Part shown: positions 21,309 through 30,699 of the stretch, one piece after another
Position numbering within the stretch: the stretch's first letter is position 1
How the letters are laid out: each line of letters begins with the position of its first letter
Virus record (IMG/VR): IMGVR_UViG_3300042465_002016
Span: 1 to 56,377 of that record
Strand: one strand, 5' to 3'
From: a virus
Taxonomy: Duplodnaviria > Caudoviricetes
Length of the DNA stretch: 56,377 bases
Program-made: the position numbers and the translations under genes
Notes under the pieces: model-generated
Told to the model about the DNA's origin: nothing
Database searches by the model: none
What the model saw: only the letters and a program-made list of their open reading frames with translations

Positions 21309-21755
21309 TTAGGCCTTTAACCCAATACGCAAATAGCGTAAGGTTATAGGGGTTAGTCCACCCACAGGTACTACAGAAAGTGAAACTGTATCTCCTGCTC
21401 TAGATACGGAGATGGTGCCAATATTCCCATCATTATCTACTGTCCCATACTCGCTGACGTTTACATCTGTAGCATCAGGGACTATGGTTAATTCTGTGGC
21501 CCAATATTTATTTGCACCACCAGAAGTCTTTTTAATTGAGACCATGTATTTTACTGATCTCCACTCGCTTGCTAAAAAGTTATCAAAGATTGTAGTATTT
21601 TCAATACCATTAATTGTAGACTCATTGTTGCCATCTGAACCAAGGTCAGTAGAACGAGCAGAAGAACTGTCAATCAAGTCTTCGTAATTTGTTTGACTTG
21701 GACGATCACCAGTTTGGAATAAAGCTTTTACGCTTGCGATTGATATTTTAGCCAT
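21309..21755 (-). CDS. Structural protein
   Basis: FQTGDRP...DLIDS N-terminal motif; C-terminus resembles end of 19514-21295. Confidence 0.6.
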   Translation of the reverse strand: MAKISIASVKALFQTGDRPSQTNYEDLIDSSSARSTDLGSDGNNESTINGIENTTIFDNFLASEWRSVKYMVSIKKTSGGANKYWATELTIVPDATDVNVSEYGTVDNDGNIGTISVSRAGDTVSLSVVPVGGLTPITLRYLRIGLKA

Positions 21756-21778
21756 ATGCTGATTATATCATAGTTATA

Positions 21779-22096
21779 TTAGATAATATAGTTAGAAAAA
21801 CCAATAATTTGAACACCAATTCCAGGTGGAGCTAATGGGTTTACCCCATCTATTCCTAGGTTTGTAATCTTTATTTTAAATGGAAGAATGTCTTCTGGTT
21901 TTACTTTTTTGGGATAATCTACTGTTTTAATATTTGAAGATTTTGGTTTAATGTCTAATACAATAGAAGACTTAGAAGAAATATTAGAAACTTTTTTAAG
22001 TGTTCCAGTTGACTTGTTAGATAGTTTTTGTTTATAAGGTTTTATATCTTCTAATTTGGATAATGGTTTAAGATCGGAAATAGTTGCTTTAGCCAT
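21779..22096 (-). CDS. Hypothetical basic protein
   Basis: 105 aa ORF in operon; ends PPGIGVQIIG. Confidence 0.55.
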   Translation of the reverse strand: MAKATISDLKPLSKLEDIKPYKQKLSNKSTGTLKKVSNISSKSSIVLDIKPKSSNIKTVDYPKKVKPEDILPFKIKITNLGIDGVNPLAPPGIGVQIIGFSNYII

Positions 22097-22099
22097 TTG

Positions 22100-22522
22100 T
22101 TATGACTCTTGATCTGTAACTTCGCCAATCATAGTCATTTCTCCTTGGCATACCGTCCAAACTCTGGTAGCATCAGATAACTGTACATCAAAAACATCTC
22201 CAGTTAATAGTTGTTTTGATTGAGCTGGTGTTAAGAATACTGTAAACTCTCCGTCATCATCTAAGCCCATTGCGGTAGGAGTTAATGTAAAAAGAAGATC
22301 ATCTCCTACGTTATCAGAGTATCTTCTAAACTGTGATTTAATTGTCCAGTCTGCAATATCAATTGCATCACCTAAATCATCTTGTACATAAATTCTAAAT
22401 GCTGCACTATCTCCAGTAACAATTGTCCAATTAACTAATGGAGGTTTGTTTCCAACATTATATGTTGTTGGTGCTTTTACTGAAGTTAAGCTACTTTCAT
22501 CTTTATTTCTATAATTTACCAT
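22100..22522 (-). CDS. Structural protein (BppU-N-like adaptor)
   Basis: WTIVTGD...FDVQL pattern, paralogous to 26470 and 27669 ORFs; start at ATG overlapping upstream stop. Confidence 0.55.
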   Translation of the reverse strand: MVNYRNKDESSLTSVKAPTTYNVGNKPPLVNWTIVTGDSAAFRIYVQDDLGDAIDIADWTIKSQFRRYSDNVGDDLLFTLTPTAMGLDDDGEFTVFLTPAQSKQLLTGDVFDVQLSDATRVWTVCQGEMTMIGEVTDQES

Positions 22523-23049
22523 TATGCTAACCCTGCTTTCAATGCTGCCCAAGTTCCATTACCTGTTGGTTTACCAACAATTATAACACCAGTAGTTGCG
22601 TGTGATTTTGCTACGACTCCTACTGCTGTTCCTCCAGTAGCTGGCTGAGTTGCTGTTAGTCCCCCAGAAGTTCCAGTGTATAGAATATTTCCAGCGGAAT
22701 AAGAAGAGGTGGCAACATTAGTAAAAATACCAGAAATAACAATAACACCATCAGTTGCTGTAGCAAAAGTTGATTTAGCCAAACCTAATAAAGGATAATT
22801 CATTGTGTTAGTTAGTTTAGTTACTTCTGGTTTTCCGCTGGTACTATTAAATCCAGAAACATAAACAGGATCACCTATGGCAATAGAAACACCACTAACA
22901 TTTGTTACTTCAATTGTTACGTTTGACTCAGCCGCAAACTCAGTAATAACCACTTCAATACGCTCAGCCAAAGACTGAATATCTCCCACAATATCAACTG
23001 GGTCGCTTAAAACAGGGTAAGGAAGATCATAAATTGTAGTCTCAGCCAT
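22522..23049 (-). CDS. Virion structural protein
   Basis: 175 aa; YDLPYP..DP N-terminus, G-rich beta pattern. Confidence 0.55.
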   Translation of the reverse strand: MAETTIYDLPYPVLSDPVDIVGDIQSLAERIEVVITEFAAESNVTIEVTNVSGVSIAIGDPVYVSGFNSTSGKPEVTKLTNTMNYPLLGLAKSTFATATDGVIVISGIFTNVATSSYSAGNILYTGTSGGLTATQPATGGTAVGVVAKSHATTGVIIVGKPTGNGTWAALKAGLA

Positions 23050-23192
23050 AATCTTATTATTATACCACTTCCTAAGAAAGTTATTGAAAAGTTATAAAAA
23101 TGTTACCTAAAATTTGCTTTTGAGGTCAATTTTATGTTATACTTAATACATGCTACCAACAGGTAGCATTTGTTCTCTAGGAGGTTATTATT

Positions 23193-23738
23193 ATGAGAAG
23201 AGACAAGCAAGCTTGGATTGGAATCCTAGCATTAGTTGGTGTTATTGCACCTTTTAGTAACTCTGCTAATGCATCAAGTACCGAAAATAATTTACTAATA
23301 AATAAGTCTGTAGAAGCTCCTGCCTCCGACAAGGAGGCATTTGTTGTTTCTAAGGCAAAAATGTTAGCTAAATTTGAAAACAGAACACACTTAACAGATA
23401 AAGAACTAAAGCAACTCCTTTCTCTTGTAGGGTTTGAGGGTAAGGATTTAGTAGTAGCTTGGGCTATTGCTAAAAAAGAATCTAATGGTCGTCCATTGGC
23501 ATACAATGGCAATCATAAGACTGGAGACTCCTCTTATGGGATGTTTCAAATTAACATGATCGATAATCTAGGTCCTGATCGTAGAGATAAGTTTGATCTA
23601 GATACAAATGCTGAGTTATTCAATCCCGTAAAAAATGCGGAGATTGCATACTATATGTCCAACGGGGGAAATGATTGGTCTTCTTGGAAAGGTATTACGC
23701 CAAAGACTAAGGCTTGGATGAAAAAGTTTCCTAATTAA
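23193..23738 (+). CDS. Secreted lytic transglycosylase / lysozyme-like protein
   Basis: N-terminal signal/TM; AIAKKES.G, SYGMFQINM, LFNP..NA, WSSW. Confidence 0.85.
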   Translation: MRRDKQAWIGILALVGVIAPFSNSANASSTENNLLINKSVEAPASDKEAFVVSKAKMLAKFENRTHLTDKELKQLLSLVGFEGKDLVVAWAIAKKESNGRPLAYNGNHKTGDSSYGMFQINMIDNLGPDRRDKFDLDTNAELFNPVKNAEIAYYMSNGGNDWSSWKGITPKTKAWMKKFPN

Positions 23739-23747
23739 TTTGTAAAA

Positions 23748-23785
23748 TAAAATACCCCCTTGGAAAAATCCTGGGGGGTATTTTT
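23748..23785. terminator. Bidirectional intrinsic terminator
   Basis: AATACCCCC...GGGGGTATT stem flanked by A/T runs, between convergent genes. Confidence 0.7.
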
Positions 23786-23793
23786 ACTATTTA

Positions 23794-24021
23794 TTACTCT
23801 TTTATTTTAGGTAATACGAATACATCATTGACATAATCGTATGTATCTCCAATACCAGCAAATTTACCTCTAAAATTGTTATTATAACTTGTTTGAATCC
23901 AAGTACCGCCAAGGCCAAGTGTGTTGGCTAGAAATTCAGCACCTTCGTTTTCTAGTGAGTTATCTACTACTAAAACACGAAGCACTAAACCATTTTCATT
24001 TATTTCTGCAAAATGTGCCAT
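23794..24021 (-). CDS. Small conserved protein downstream of Gly-rich fibre gene
   Basis: MAHFAEI..VLRV...WIQTSYNNNFRGKFAGIG.TYD; start coupled to upstream stop. Confidence 0.7.
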   Translation of the reverse strand: MAHFAEINENGLVLRVLVVDNSLENEGAEFLANTLGLGGTWIQTSYNNNFRGKFAGIGDTYDYVNDVFVLPKIKE

Positions 24022-25106
24022 TAGAAAGTCACCGATCCTGATCCAGTCCAAGTATAAATTTTGTATCCACCTGAGTTTGAAAAACTAGGTGAGCCAGTAG
24101 TTGATACAGCATTGGCAAAAGTATTTGGATAACGGATTACGCAAATACCTGAACCACCACCACCGCTAGGTGGGGGTGAACCAGAACCACCACCTGTATT
24201 TACAGTGCCAGCAGTTCCGTAGTAACCAGATTGAGCATATTGCCCACCTGCTCCACCGCCACCAGAACCTGCTGCGCCACCTACGCCAACAATTCCTACG
24301 TCAGATGATCCGCCACCGCCACCACCAAATGTTCCAGCCCAAGTACTCTTGCCTGAACCACCAGCTCCACCGTTACGATTACCAGCAGGTGCATCGCCAC
24401 CTGCAGCGCCAGCCCCGCCACCACCACCGCTTTGTCCTGCAAATCCACCAATGCCACCGTAACCACCAGCAAAACCTTGTCCAGCGCTTCCTGCACCACC
24501 TGGGCTACCGTTACGACCACCACCGCCTGAACCACCTGCTGCTGCGTTTACAAGGTTGTAACCACCAAGACCACCTTCATTAACGGATGTAATTCCGCTA
24601 ATAGCTGAAGGGGTTCCGCTTGCATTAACTCCACCGCCACCAATTGTTATTGTGTAGGTAGTTCCAGCGCTAATTGCTGAAGATGACTGAATTACACCAC
24701 CACCACCGCCGCCGCCAGAACCATTGCTAGAAGTCCAAAGAGCACCAGCACCACCAGCAACAAGAACATAGTCAATGCTTGATGGAGCCACTACAGGGGC
24801 AGGAGTAATTGAGTTAGAAACAGATGAATAAGCACCTGTTCCAGATGCATTAACTGCTGCAATCTGGAATGTGTAGGAAGTGTTAGAAGCAAAAGCGCCA
24901 GTTACAGTTAATGGAGATGTAGTTCCAGAAACACTTAAAGCAATTGAAGGCGAAGACACAGCTACATAAGAAGTGATAGGTAAACCACTACTACCTGCTG
25001 TAAAAGGAATTGAAACAGTTGTTGCATTTGTAACCGTCACTGTTCCAATAGTAGGAGCAGCGGGTGTACTTCTACCAGAAGAAGCTAAAACTCCTAGTAT
25101 TGGCAT
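24021..25106 (-). CDS. FN3 + glycine-rich tail fibre/spike protein
   Basis: N-terminal FN3; GGGGGAG repeats; C-terminal GGSG..VIRY. Confidence 0.75.
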   Translation of the reverse strand: MPILGVLASSGRSTPAAPTIGTVTVTNATTVSIPFTAGSSGLPITSYVAVSSPSIALSVSGTTSPLTVTGAFASNTSYTFQIAAVNASGTGAYSSVSNSITPAPVVAPSSIDYVLVAGGAGALWTSSNGSGGGGGGGVIQSSSAISAGTTYTITIGGGGVNASGTPSAISGITSVNEGGLGGYNLVNAAAGGSGGGGRNGSPGGAGSAGQGFAGGYGGIGGFAGQSGGGGGAGAAGGDAPAGNRNGGAGGSGKSTWAGTFGGGGGGSSDVGIVGVGGAAGSGGGGAGGQYAQSGYYGTAGTVNTGGGSGSPPPSGGGGSGICVIRYPNTFANAVSTTGSPSFSNSGGYKIYTWTGSGSVTF

Positions 25107-25849
25107 TAGGCAAGGTCACCTGTCACTAACCAAGTATCGGTTGCAATTTTGACGCAAGTAGCAACTGAGTTAACTACTCTTAATTTAGGTGCTATTGAAG
25201 TAGAAGCTGTTGAAAGAACTGTGGTTGTGCCTGAAGTTACTGCCTGAATTGTTGGCTGACCTGCGCCAGTAATCCAAGCAACATTTATCTGAGTTCCAAT
25301 AGGGAAAGCAACGCTTGCATTTGTTGGAATTGAAAGTGTCTGCGCTGAGGCGTTGTTTGAAGTCACTAACTTGCCGTTATCGGATAAAACAAAAGTATAA
25401 GTTGTTGCTGTGTTAGCGTTAATTCCTAAATTAATCAAAGGTGATGTTAAAGTTTTATTAGTCAATGTTACACTATTTGTAAGATCAACTTCTGGAGTAG
25501 CCCATGATAATCCAGAAGCAGTTGCGCTATTTGCAGTTAAAATTGTTCCATTAGCTCCAACAGTTACAACAGATAAAGTATCGTTTGCTGATGCTGAAAG
25601 CAAATCACCTTTTGCATTAAAGCTTGAGGCAGCAAGAGATCCTCCTCCCCCAATAGCGGTAATTTGTACTTGTAAATCATTAATTGTATAAGCAATTGAT
25701 GGATTAATTAAGTTAGCTGTATTTGTTTCAGCTGTGTTAAAAGTATAAGATCCATAGTGGTATGCTTTAAATGCAGCCTGAATATCAGCTGGGTCAGCAA
25801 GACCTGGAATTTTGGTTGGTACTAAAGTACCTATGTTTTCTACTGCCAT
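25106..25849 (-). CDS. Tail-associated structural protein
   Basis: AKGDL, LTNKTLTSP, AFPIGTQI...W.V.GDL C-terminal domain shared with 17046-18980. Confidence 0.65.
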   Translation of the reverse strand: MAVENIGTLVPTKIPGLADPADIQAAFKAYHYGSYTFNTAETNTANLINPSIAYTINDLQVQITAIGGGGSLAASSFNAKGDLLSASANDTLSVVTVGANGTILTANSATASGLSWATPEVDLTNSVTLTNKTLTSPLINLGINANTATTYTFVLSDNGKLVTSNNASAQTLSIPTNASVAFPIGTQINVAWITGAGQPTIQAVTSGTTTVLSTASTSIAPKLRVVNSVATCVKIATDTWLVTGDLA

Positions 25850-25885
25850 GAATCACCTCTCCAAGAATTATATCACAAGATGTGA

Positions 25886-26470
25886 TTAAGACTCATCTAT
25901 TCCTGCAACTATTGATATAAATAGATGGGTAGTTACGGTTCCATCTAAAGGAATCCATTCTGCTGGTCCTGAATCGTCATCATACTCTACTGCGTTAAAA
26001 TTGATTACAAGGTTTGTTCCTGCTCCAGCAAGAGCTGGTATAGACATAGAAGATGCAAGCGGATTTGAATGTGCAATGCTATATTGAATATTAAAATTTT
26101 CTGCTGTAAGCCCAGTAGCAGATGTAATATTAGAGATTGGAATACTAATTTGTGCTGCTCCAGCATTGTATGTCGTTAAATGTGTTTCAGAATATAAAAC
26201 GGGATTCATATCAAGAATCTCAATCCAAGCATTTCCACCAGGTTGAGCTACAAACTGATAAAGATACCCATAGTCTGCTCCTGGTGACGTATTAATGTAT
26301 AAATCGTTTAGAAGTGGGGTTTGTCCAATTTCTATAATGTTTGGATTTCCTACTCCAACAAATATTTGGCTTCCACGAGTTCCAGTCGGACCAATATCAA
26401 CCAATACCTCAACAATATTTGGTGGGCCTACAACTGTTATATCATCAGTAGATACTAATACTTCAGGCAT
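25886..26470 (-). CDS. Structural protein
   Basis: 194 aa; GPTGTRGS..F.G.G.P, DLYIN. Confidence 0.55.
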   Translation of the reverse strand: MPEVLVSTDDITVVGPPNIVEVLVDIGPTGTRGSQIFVGVGNPNIIEIGQTPLLNDLYINTSPGADYGYLYQFVAQPGGNAWIEILDMNPVLYSETHLTTYNAGAAQISIPISNITSATGLTAENFNIQYSIAHSNPLASSMSIPALAGAGTNLVINFNAVEYDDDSGPAEWIPLDGTVTTHLFISIVAGIDES

Positions 26471-26820
26471 TAAGCAGCACCTGTAATATCATTTGTTACT
26501 GTAATTGTTCCTGTTAAAAGTGTAAAAATAACATCTGGGTTAGGAGTTTCATTAGTTATCTGAACATCATATACATATGTTCCAGCTACTAGGGTTCTTC
26601 CTACTGATGGAACGATTGTGCAAGTTATAATATTAGTTACATCATTTACTACCGCTAAAGCTGCAGTTCCTGCTATACCTCTTGCAGTGGCAATTGTAAA
26701 GATTGCACTATAACCAGTCAGGTCAAATGCTTCGTTATTTAAATTGTTTTTTGGTCGAATAACAAATTCTGCTGTATCGCCACGATAGTAATTAAAATTA
26801 TGAGTTCCTGGAAATGCCAT
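26470..26820 (-). CDS. Structural protein (BppU-N-like)
   Basis: YRGDT...DLTGY...YVYDVQI...LL.G.ITV. Confidence 0.6.
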   Translation of the reverse strand: MAFPGTHNFNYYRGDTAEFVIRPKNNLNNEAFDLTGYSAIFTIATARGIAGTAALAVVNDVTNIITCTIVPSVGRTLVAGTYVYDVQITNETPNPDVIFTLLTGTITVTNDITGAA

Positions 26821-26844
26821 TATTCCTCCTAATATATTATACCA

Positions 26845-27582
26845 CTAAGACACTGATATATACATGCCCTTTAAAATAATAGTACTTTCGCTATCTGTTC
26901 TTGCCTGAATTATTCCACCCTCAGATTTAATCTTTGATATATCTATATAAAGAGTTTGATTAAATGACATTTCGTATGGATATTTATATTTTAACATTCC
27001 TATATATCCTGTTGGTGATTCAACTCTTGGAATATATGTTCTTAGCCAAGCCTCTGTGCTATTTGAATCCGTGCTTAAAATAATATCATATCTAATGTCG
27101 ACTTTTGCTCCTACTTTTAGTTGTTTAAAATTAATTCTGCCAGTGTTCTGGTTCCACAATGAAACCCCACCTATTGGAAGAAATGATAATATGTTATTTT
27201 CAGGATCTTCGTCTATTGATAGAGTTACCCAACCATCATCTCCTCTATTTGGACCAAGATGTATTTGTCTTTTATTTTTATTTTCGTAATAAGCCCACCC
27301 AGGATATTGACCAGATTGGCTTTCGTATGATTGACCGTTGCTTTTTCCAGGCTCTCCTTTAGGGCCTTGAGGACCATCTAAGCCAGGCTTTCCTTCTTTA
27401 CCCTGAATTCCACGCTCCCCTCTAGCTCCTTCTGGGCCTGGAGGTCCTTGTGGTCCTATATCACCCTTTTCTCCAGTTATTCCTGGTACGGCAATATACT
27501 CAATGTTTCCTTGTAATGATTCTTGAGTTAGCTGAACTGTTTCAGCATATTTCTTTTTTGGAAAGTCCATGCTTTTTGGCAT
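26845..27582 (-). CDS. Collagen triple-helix repeat protein
   Basis: Run of G-X-Y triplets (GEKGDIGPQGPPGPEGARGERG...). Confidence 0.8.
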   Translation of the reverse strand: MPKSMDFPKKKYAETVQLTQESLQGNIEYIAVPGITGEKGDIGPQGPPGPEGARGERGIQGKEGKPGLDGPQGPKGEPGKSNGQSYESQSGQYPGWAYYENKNKRQIHLGPNRGDDGWVTLSIDEDPENNILSFLPIGGVSLWNQNTGRINFKQLKVGAKVDIRYDIILSTDSNSTEAWLRTYIPRVESPTGYIGMLKYKYPYEMSFNQTLYIDISKIKSEGGIIQARTDSESTIILKGMYISVS

Positions 27583-27668
27583 GAATTATTTTACCTTAAA
27601 TGTTTTTTTACCAATTTTTATAACAGGTGGCAAATTAGTTTGTGGAGTAGATACTTTTACAACAGGCA

Positions 27669-28070
27669 TTAAAGGCTCGTTCCGCTAACATCACCAAGGA
27701 CACAAATAGTTCCAATAACTGGAGTCCAAGTTGTATCTTCGCCTTCTCCAGAACCAGCTGGAATTACAACTTGTAAATCAAAAGAAAGTTCTGCTACTAC
27801 AGACCTATAGGCTGTTCCCCAATTTGCGGTAGTTAAAGCTGGTATCTGAATTTCCCCATAACCAAGTCCAGAAATAACAGGAAGGTCATCTAATACTTGA
27901 CCACTTGGATCATAGGCTGTAGCAATGTAAGTCCAGTCTGTAGTATCGTATTCTGTTACTTCATCGTCCTCAAAAAATTCAATTTTAAGGTTTGCGCTGT
28001 CCCCACGAACTACTGTCCATTTAATATTTGCTGGAGTAGCTCCATATTTATCAATTGTAGGGGTACACAT
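27669..28070 (-). CDS. Structural protein (BppU-N-like)
   Basis: WTVVRGD...FDLQV; paralog of 22100 ORF. Confidence 0.55.
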   Translation of the reverse strand: MCTPTIDKYGATPANIKWTVVRGDSANLKIEFFEDDEVTEYDTTDWTYIATAYDPSGQVLDDLPVISGLGYGEIQIPALTTANWGTAYRSVVAELSFDLQVVIPAGSGEGEDTTWTPVIGTICVLGDVSGTSL

Positions 28071-28092
28071 AATAATTGATTATACCATAAAA

Positions 28093-28140
28093 CTAACACC
28101 TAGGCGCAATGGGTGGGGTGGGTAGCTTCCTAGGTGTTAG
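28093..28140. other. Intergenic hairpin with G-rich loop
   Basis: CTAACACCTAGG ... CCTAGGTGTTAG 12-bp inverted repeat. Confidence 0.6.
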
Positions 28141-28351
28141 CTCTTAAATTATATCTTATTTTATTAAAAATCCAGTAATATACAGAGTTTAATAACAAAA
28201 AGTTATAATAAAGCCATATTAATAAATTGTTATAAAAAGTTATAATTCAAAACGGGATATCAATACAAAATCCAGTGATGTCTATGCTATACTTAAAATA
28301 TATAAAGAAAAGAATATACTATAGTTAAGGTTTTTAAGTATATTATATATA

Positions 28352-29029
28352 TTAGTAAATAGGTAAATTAGATTCTTTTACAAATCCTAAATAACTGGTT
28401 ATTTTATTATTATATAGCACTTGGTGGTTTAGGTCAAATTTATCTTTAAAGTCTTTTGAGTGAACAAAGTAATTATCTATGTAGCACATTCCATATTGAT
28501 TTTCTATAGATCTTTTAGAAAAACAATTCCAAACGGGGATTCCAGGTATGAGGTTAGGTAAATTATTTCCACCTTCTAGAATTTTTTCACATTCTAATAT
28601 CACATCATCTAAAATTGATTTCATGGTTTTACTATTTTTTATAGCAGCAAAATTTGAACAATTAATTGATCCAGCATACGATTGAAATCCATTGGAAGTA
28701 GATATCATATCCTCACCCTTATAGTATTGAGAAATGACATTATTTAGCGGAGTAGTGCAAATAGAGTCCATGTCGGCATAGAATCCACCATGTGTATATG
28801 TAGCTACCATTCTCCATATATCTGCTTTATTTATACCGCTGGATATTTGATATATCTTGTATAACGTATCGTTATAATCTTTTACATCTTGTTCTCTTTG
28901 TTTTGAGTCAGCGTATCGATGATCCCAGTCTGGATTTAAGTTTTTCCAAGTTCCGATTATATTTTTCTGGAATGGCAATAGGTTTTCAAACTCAGCCTCT
29001 TCAGTCTGCCAAATTATTTTGGGGATCAT
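28352..29029 (-). CDS. Glycosyltransferase, GT32/DXD sugar-binding (OCH1/SUR1-like)
   Basis: MIPKIIWQT, W..LNPDW, KADIWR, GGFYADMD. Confidence 0.88.
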   Translation of the reverse strand: MIPKIIWQTEEAEFENLLPFQKNIIGTWKNLNPDWDHRYADSKQREQDVKDYNDTLYKIYQISSGINKADIWRMVATYTHGGFYADMDSICTTPLNNVISQYYKGEDMISTSNGFQSYAGSINCSNFAAIKNSKTMKSILDDVILECEKILEGGNNLPNLIPGIPVWNCFSKRSIENQYGMCYIDNYFVHSKDFKDKFDLNHQVLYNNKITSYLGFVKESNLPIY

Positions 29030-29034
29030 AAGAA

Positions 29035-29286
29035 CTACTTAGATTTAGATATATACTCTAAAAGAACATCATACATATGATCTAGTTTTCTATTCATATC
29101 TGATCGTTTTGCATCTGCTTCGTTAATACGCTGTTCAAGTCTTGAAATTTGGTCTTTCATAGATGAGCCTGAATTGGGTTTAAGTTCGACGAGATAATGC
29201 TTTACGAGAAATTTAATCCCGCCTGCCATAATACCGACTATGGTTAATACGCTTAAAATTAACGCAGCCCAGTCTTGTATAGTCAT
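29035..29286 (-). CDS. Small membrane protein (TM + coiled coil)
   Basis: N-terminal TM, ELKPNSGSSMKDQI; likely leaderless start ATG 29286. Confidence 0.6.
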   Translation of the reverse strand: MTIQDWAALILSVLTIVGIMAGGIKFLVKHYLVELKPNSGSSMKDQISRLEQRINEADAKRSDMNRKLDHMYDVLLEYISKSK

Positions 29287-29442
29287 AAGATTCATTATAT
29301 CATTATATAAGATTTAATTTTGACGGGATATACAATTCGCCGAAAATAGAGATAACAAACCCTACCCTAGACAACATATGGATCAAAGATCCAAACATGT
29401 CTTAAATCGGCTCCTAGCCTCCCTATAGGCTATAATAAGTAT

Positions 29443-29637
29443 ATGGATGATGTAACACCTTTTGACTTAATTAATGGTTCGCCGAGAGTTGAAAAAGATA
29501 TAAAAGATATTCGCCTGGACATTTGTAAAACCTGTGATTGGTTTAGGCCTAAAACTCAAACATGTAAGAAGTGTGGATGTTTTATGGCTGCTAAGTCTAT
29601 GTTAGCAAATGCTAAATGTCCAATTGGTAAATGGTAA
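29443..29637 (+). CDS. Small Cys-rich protein (DUF6171-like)
   Basis: RLDICKTC...CKKCGCFM..K....AKCPIGKW. Confidence 0.7.
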   Translation: MDDVTPFDLINGSPRVEKDIKDIRLDICKTCDWFRPKTQTCKKCGCFMAAKSMLANAKCPIGKW

Positions 29638-29928
29638 GAGGCCAGGAAGAATTTGTATTCCCCGAAAAATTTAATTATAACAAACCGTTATATATAAAAA
29701 CCTTATTTATTATGGTCTGATTCGGATTTACAGCTACATCCATTGCAACAAAAATCTGAAAATATTTTCATAGCCAGAGATTCGTATTGTGGTTCTGGTT
29801 GGTTTGTCATAGTCTTAATTATACCCTGGATTTTTAGGAAAAGTGGTTTTAGCAAAATCTGAATATTTTGTAGTTATGTATGATACACATTTAAAAAAAC
29901 CTAAACACTAAAAAATAGTGAGCACGTT

Positions 29929-30117
29929 TTAAATTTTCTTAGCCTTGCCATGAATCCAGCCTGAGTGAATACCTGCGAGAGGTGCGTCTATATTTACAGC
30001 CTTGCCAATTGGAAGGATCTCCGCATATTTTTCAATAAAATTATTTAGATGTTCTTTGCTAATAAAATTCATAACTTTTGTGCCACCTGTGACACTGGTC
30101 AATGTTGCGTTTATCAT
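29929..30117 (-). CDS. Hypothetical early protein
   Basis: Paralog of 31885-32061. Confidence 0.65.
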   Translation of the reverse strand: MINATLTSVTGGTKVMNFISKEHLNNFIEKYAEILPIGKAVNIDAPLAGIHSGWIHGKAKKI

Positions 30118-30267
30118 TTATTTTTTCTCCAATACACTAATAATAATTTGTAGATCTTTTTCTGTGAGGAACGTTTGTGCTGCTCCCCATAGTACAGCGT
30201 ATTTATCTGTACCGTAATTTTCTTTAGCCAAAGTAACGGCTTTTTCTCTTAGTTCATACTTATTCAT
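30118..30267 (-). CDS. Hypothetical early protein (49 aa)
   Basis: Manual translation ...LAKENYG...YAVLWG...EKDL; paralog of 31730-31885. Confidence 0.65.
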   Translation of the reverse strand: MNKYELREKAVTLAKENYGTDKYAVLWGAAQTFLTEKDLQIIISVLEKK

Positions 30268-30390
30268 TTAGTTTCCCCCGTTAATAAAACATAGTGCGAT
30301 TGCGATACCTACGCCAATGAAGGCTCCTACTGGTGCCATGAAGTCTGCGTTATCATCTAGCCAGTCTATTGCGTATGTGAATGGATTCAT
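30268..30390 (-). CDS. Small membrane peptide (40 aa)
   Basis: MNPFTYAIDW...GAFIGVGIAIALCF; AGGAG RBS. Confidence 0.5.
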   Translation of the reverse strand: MNPFTYAIDWLDDNADFMAPVGAFIGVGIAIALCFINGGN

Positions 30391-30612
30391 TTAGTTATTC
30401 TCCTTTAGTGAGTAGTAGTGCCAGTTACATACTGACAATTCTTGTCCGTCTAATTCTACTAAGTAAGTCGAGATAGTAGAACCGCAATTGTATAAGTCGC
30501 AACCTGAGCGAGCATAATCTGAGTGTATATCGCAACCATATCCGTCGCACATATCATCAGCGCAATTTAATTCCCATTTAACCTCTGGGGTTATATCCTT
30601 TAGTGTCATCAT
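30391..30612 (-). CDS. Cys-rich hypothetical protein
   Basis: GAAAGG RBS; downstream of promoter 30646-30667. Confidence 0.6.
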   Translation of the reverse strand: MMTLKDITPEVKWELNCADDMCDGYGCDIHSDYARSGCDLYNCGSTISTYLVELDGQELSVCNWHYYSLKENN

Positions 30613-30645
30613 TTTGATAACCTTTCTTGTTGTTGTTATAGTGGA

Positions 30646-30667
30646 AGTATAGCAGGGGGGACTGACA
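30646..30667 (-). promoter_or_regulatory. PafBC/RecA-NDp-type promoter
   Basis: TGTCAG-N10-TATACT on minus strand. Confidence 0.75.
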
Positions 30668-30699
30668 TTTTGACCCCTTTTTGGGGCGTGTCTGATGTG

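Noticed and set aside
2863-27362. Short antisense or alternate-frame ORFs in the track (e.g. 2863, 7385, 7868, 15839, 19740, 20175, 24170, 25410)
   Set aside because: They are shadows of long, well-supported genes and have no recognisable motifs.
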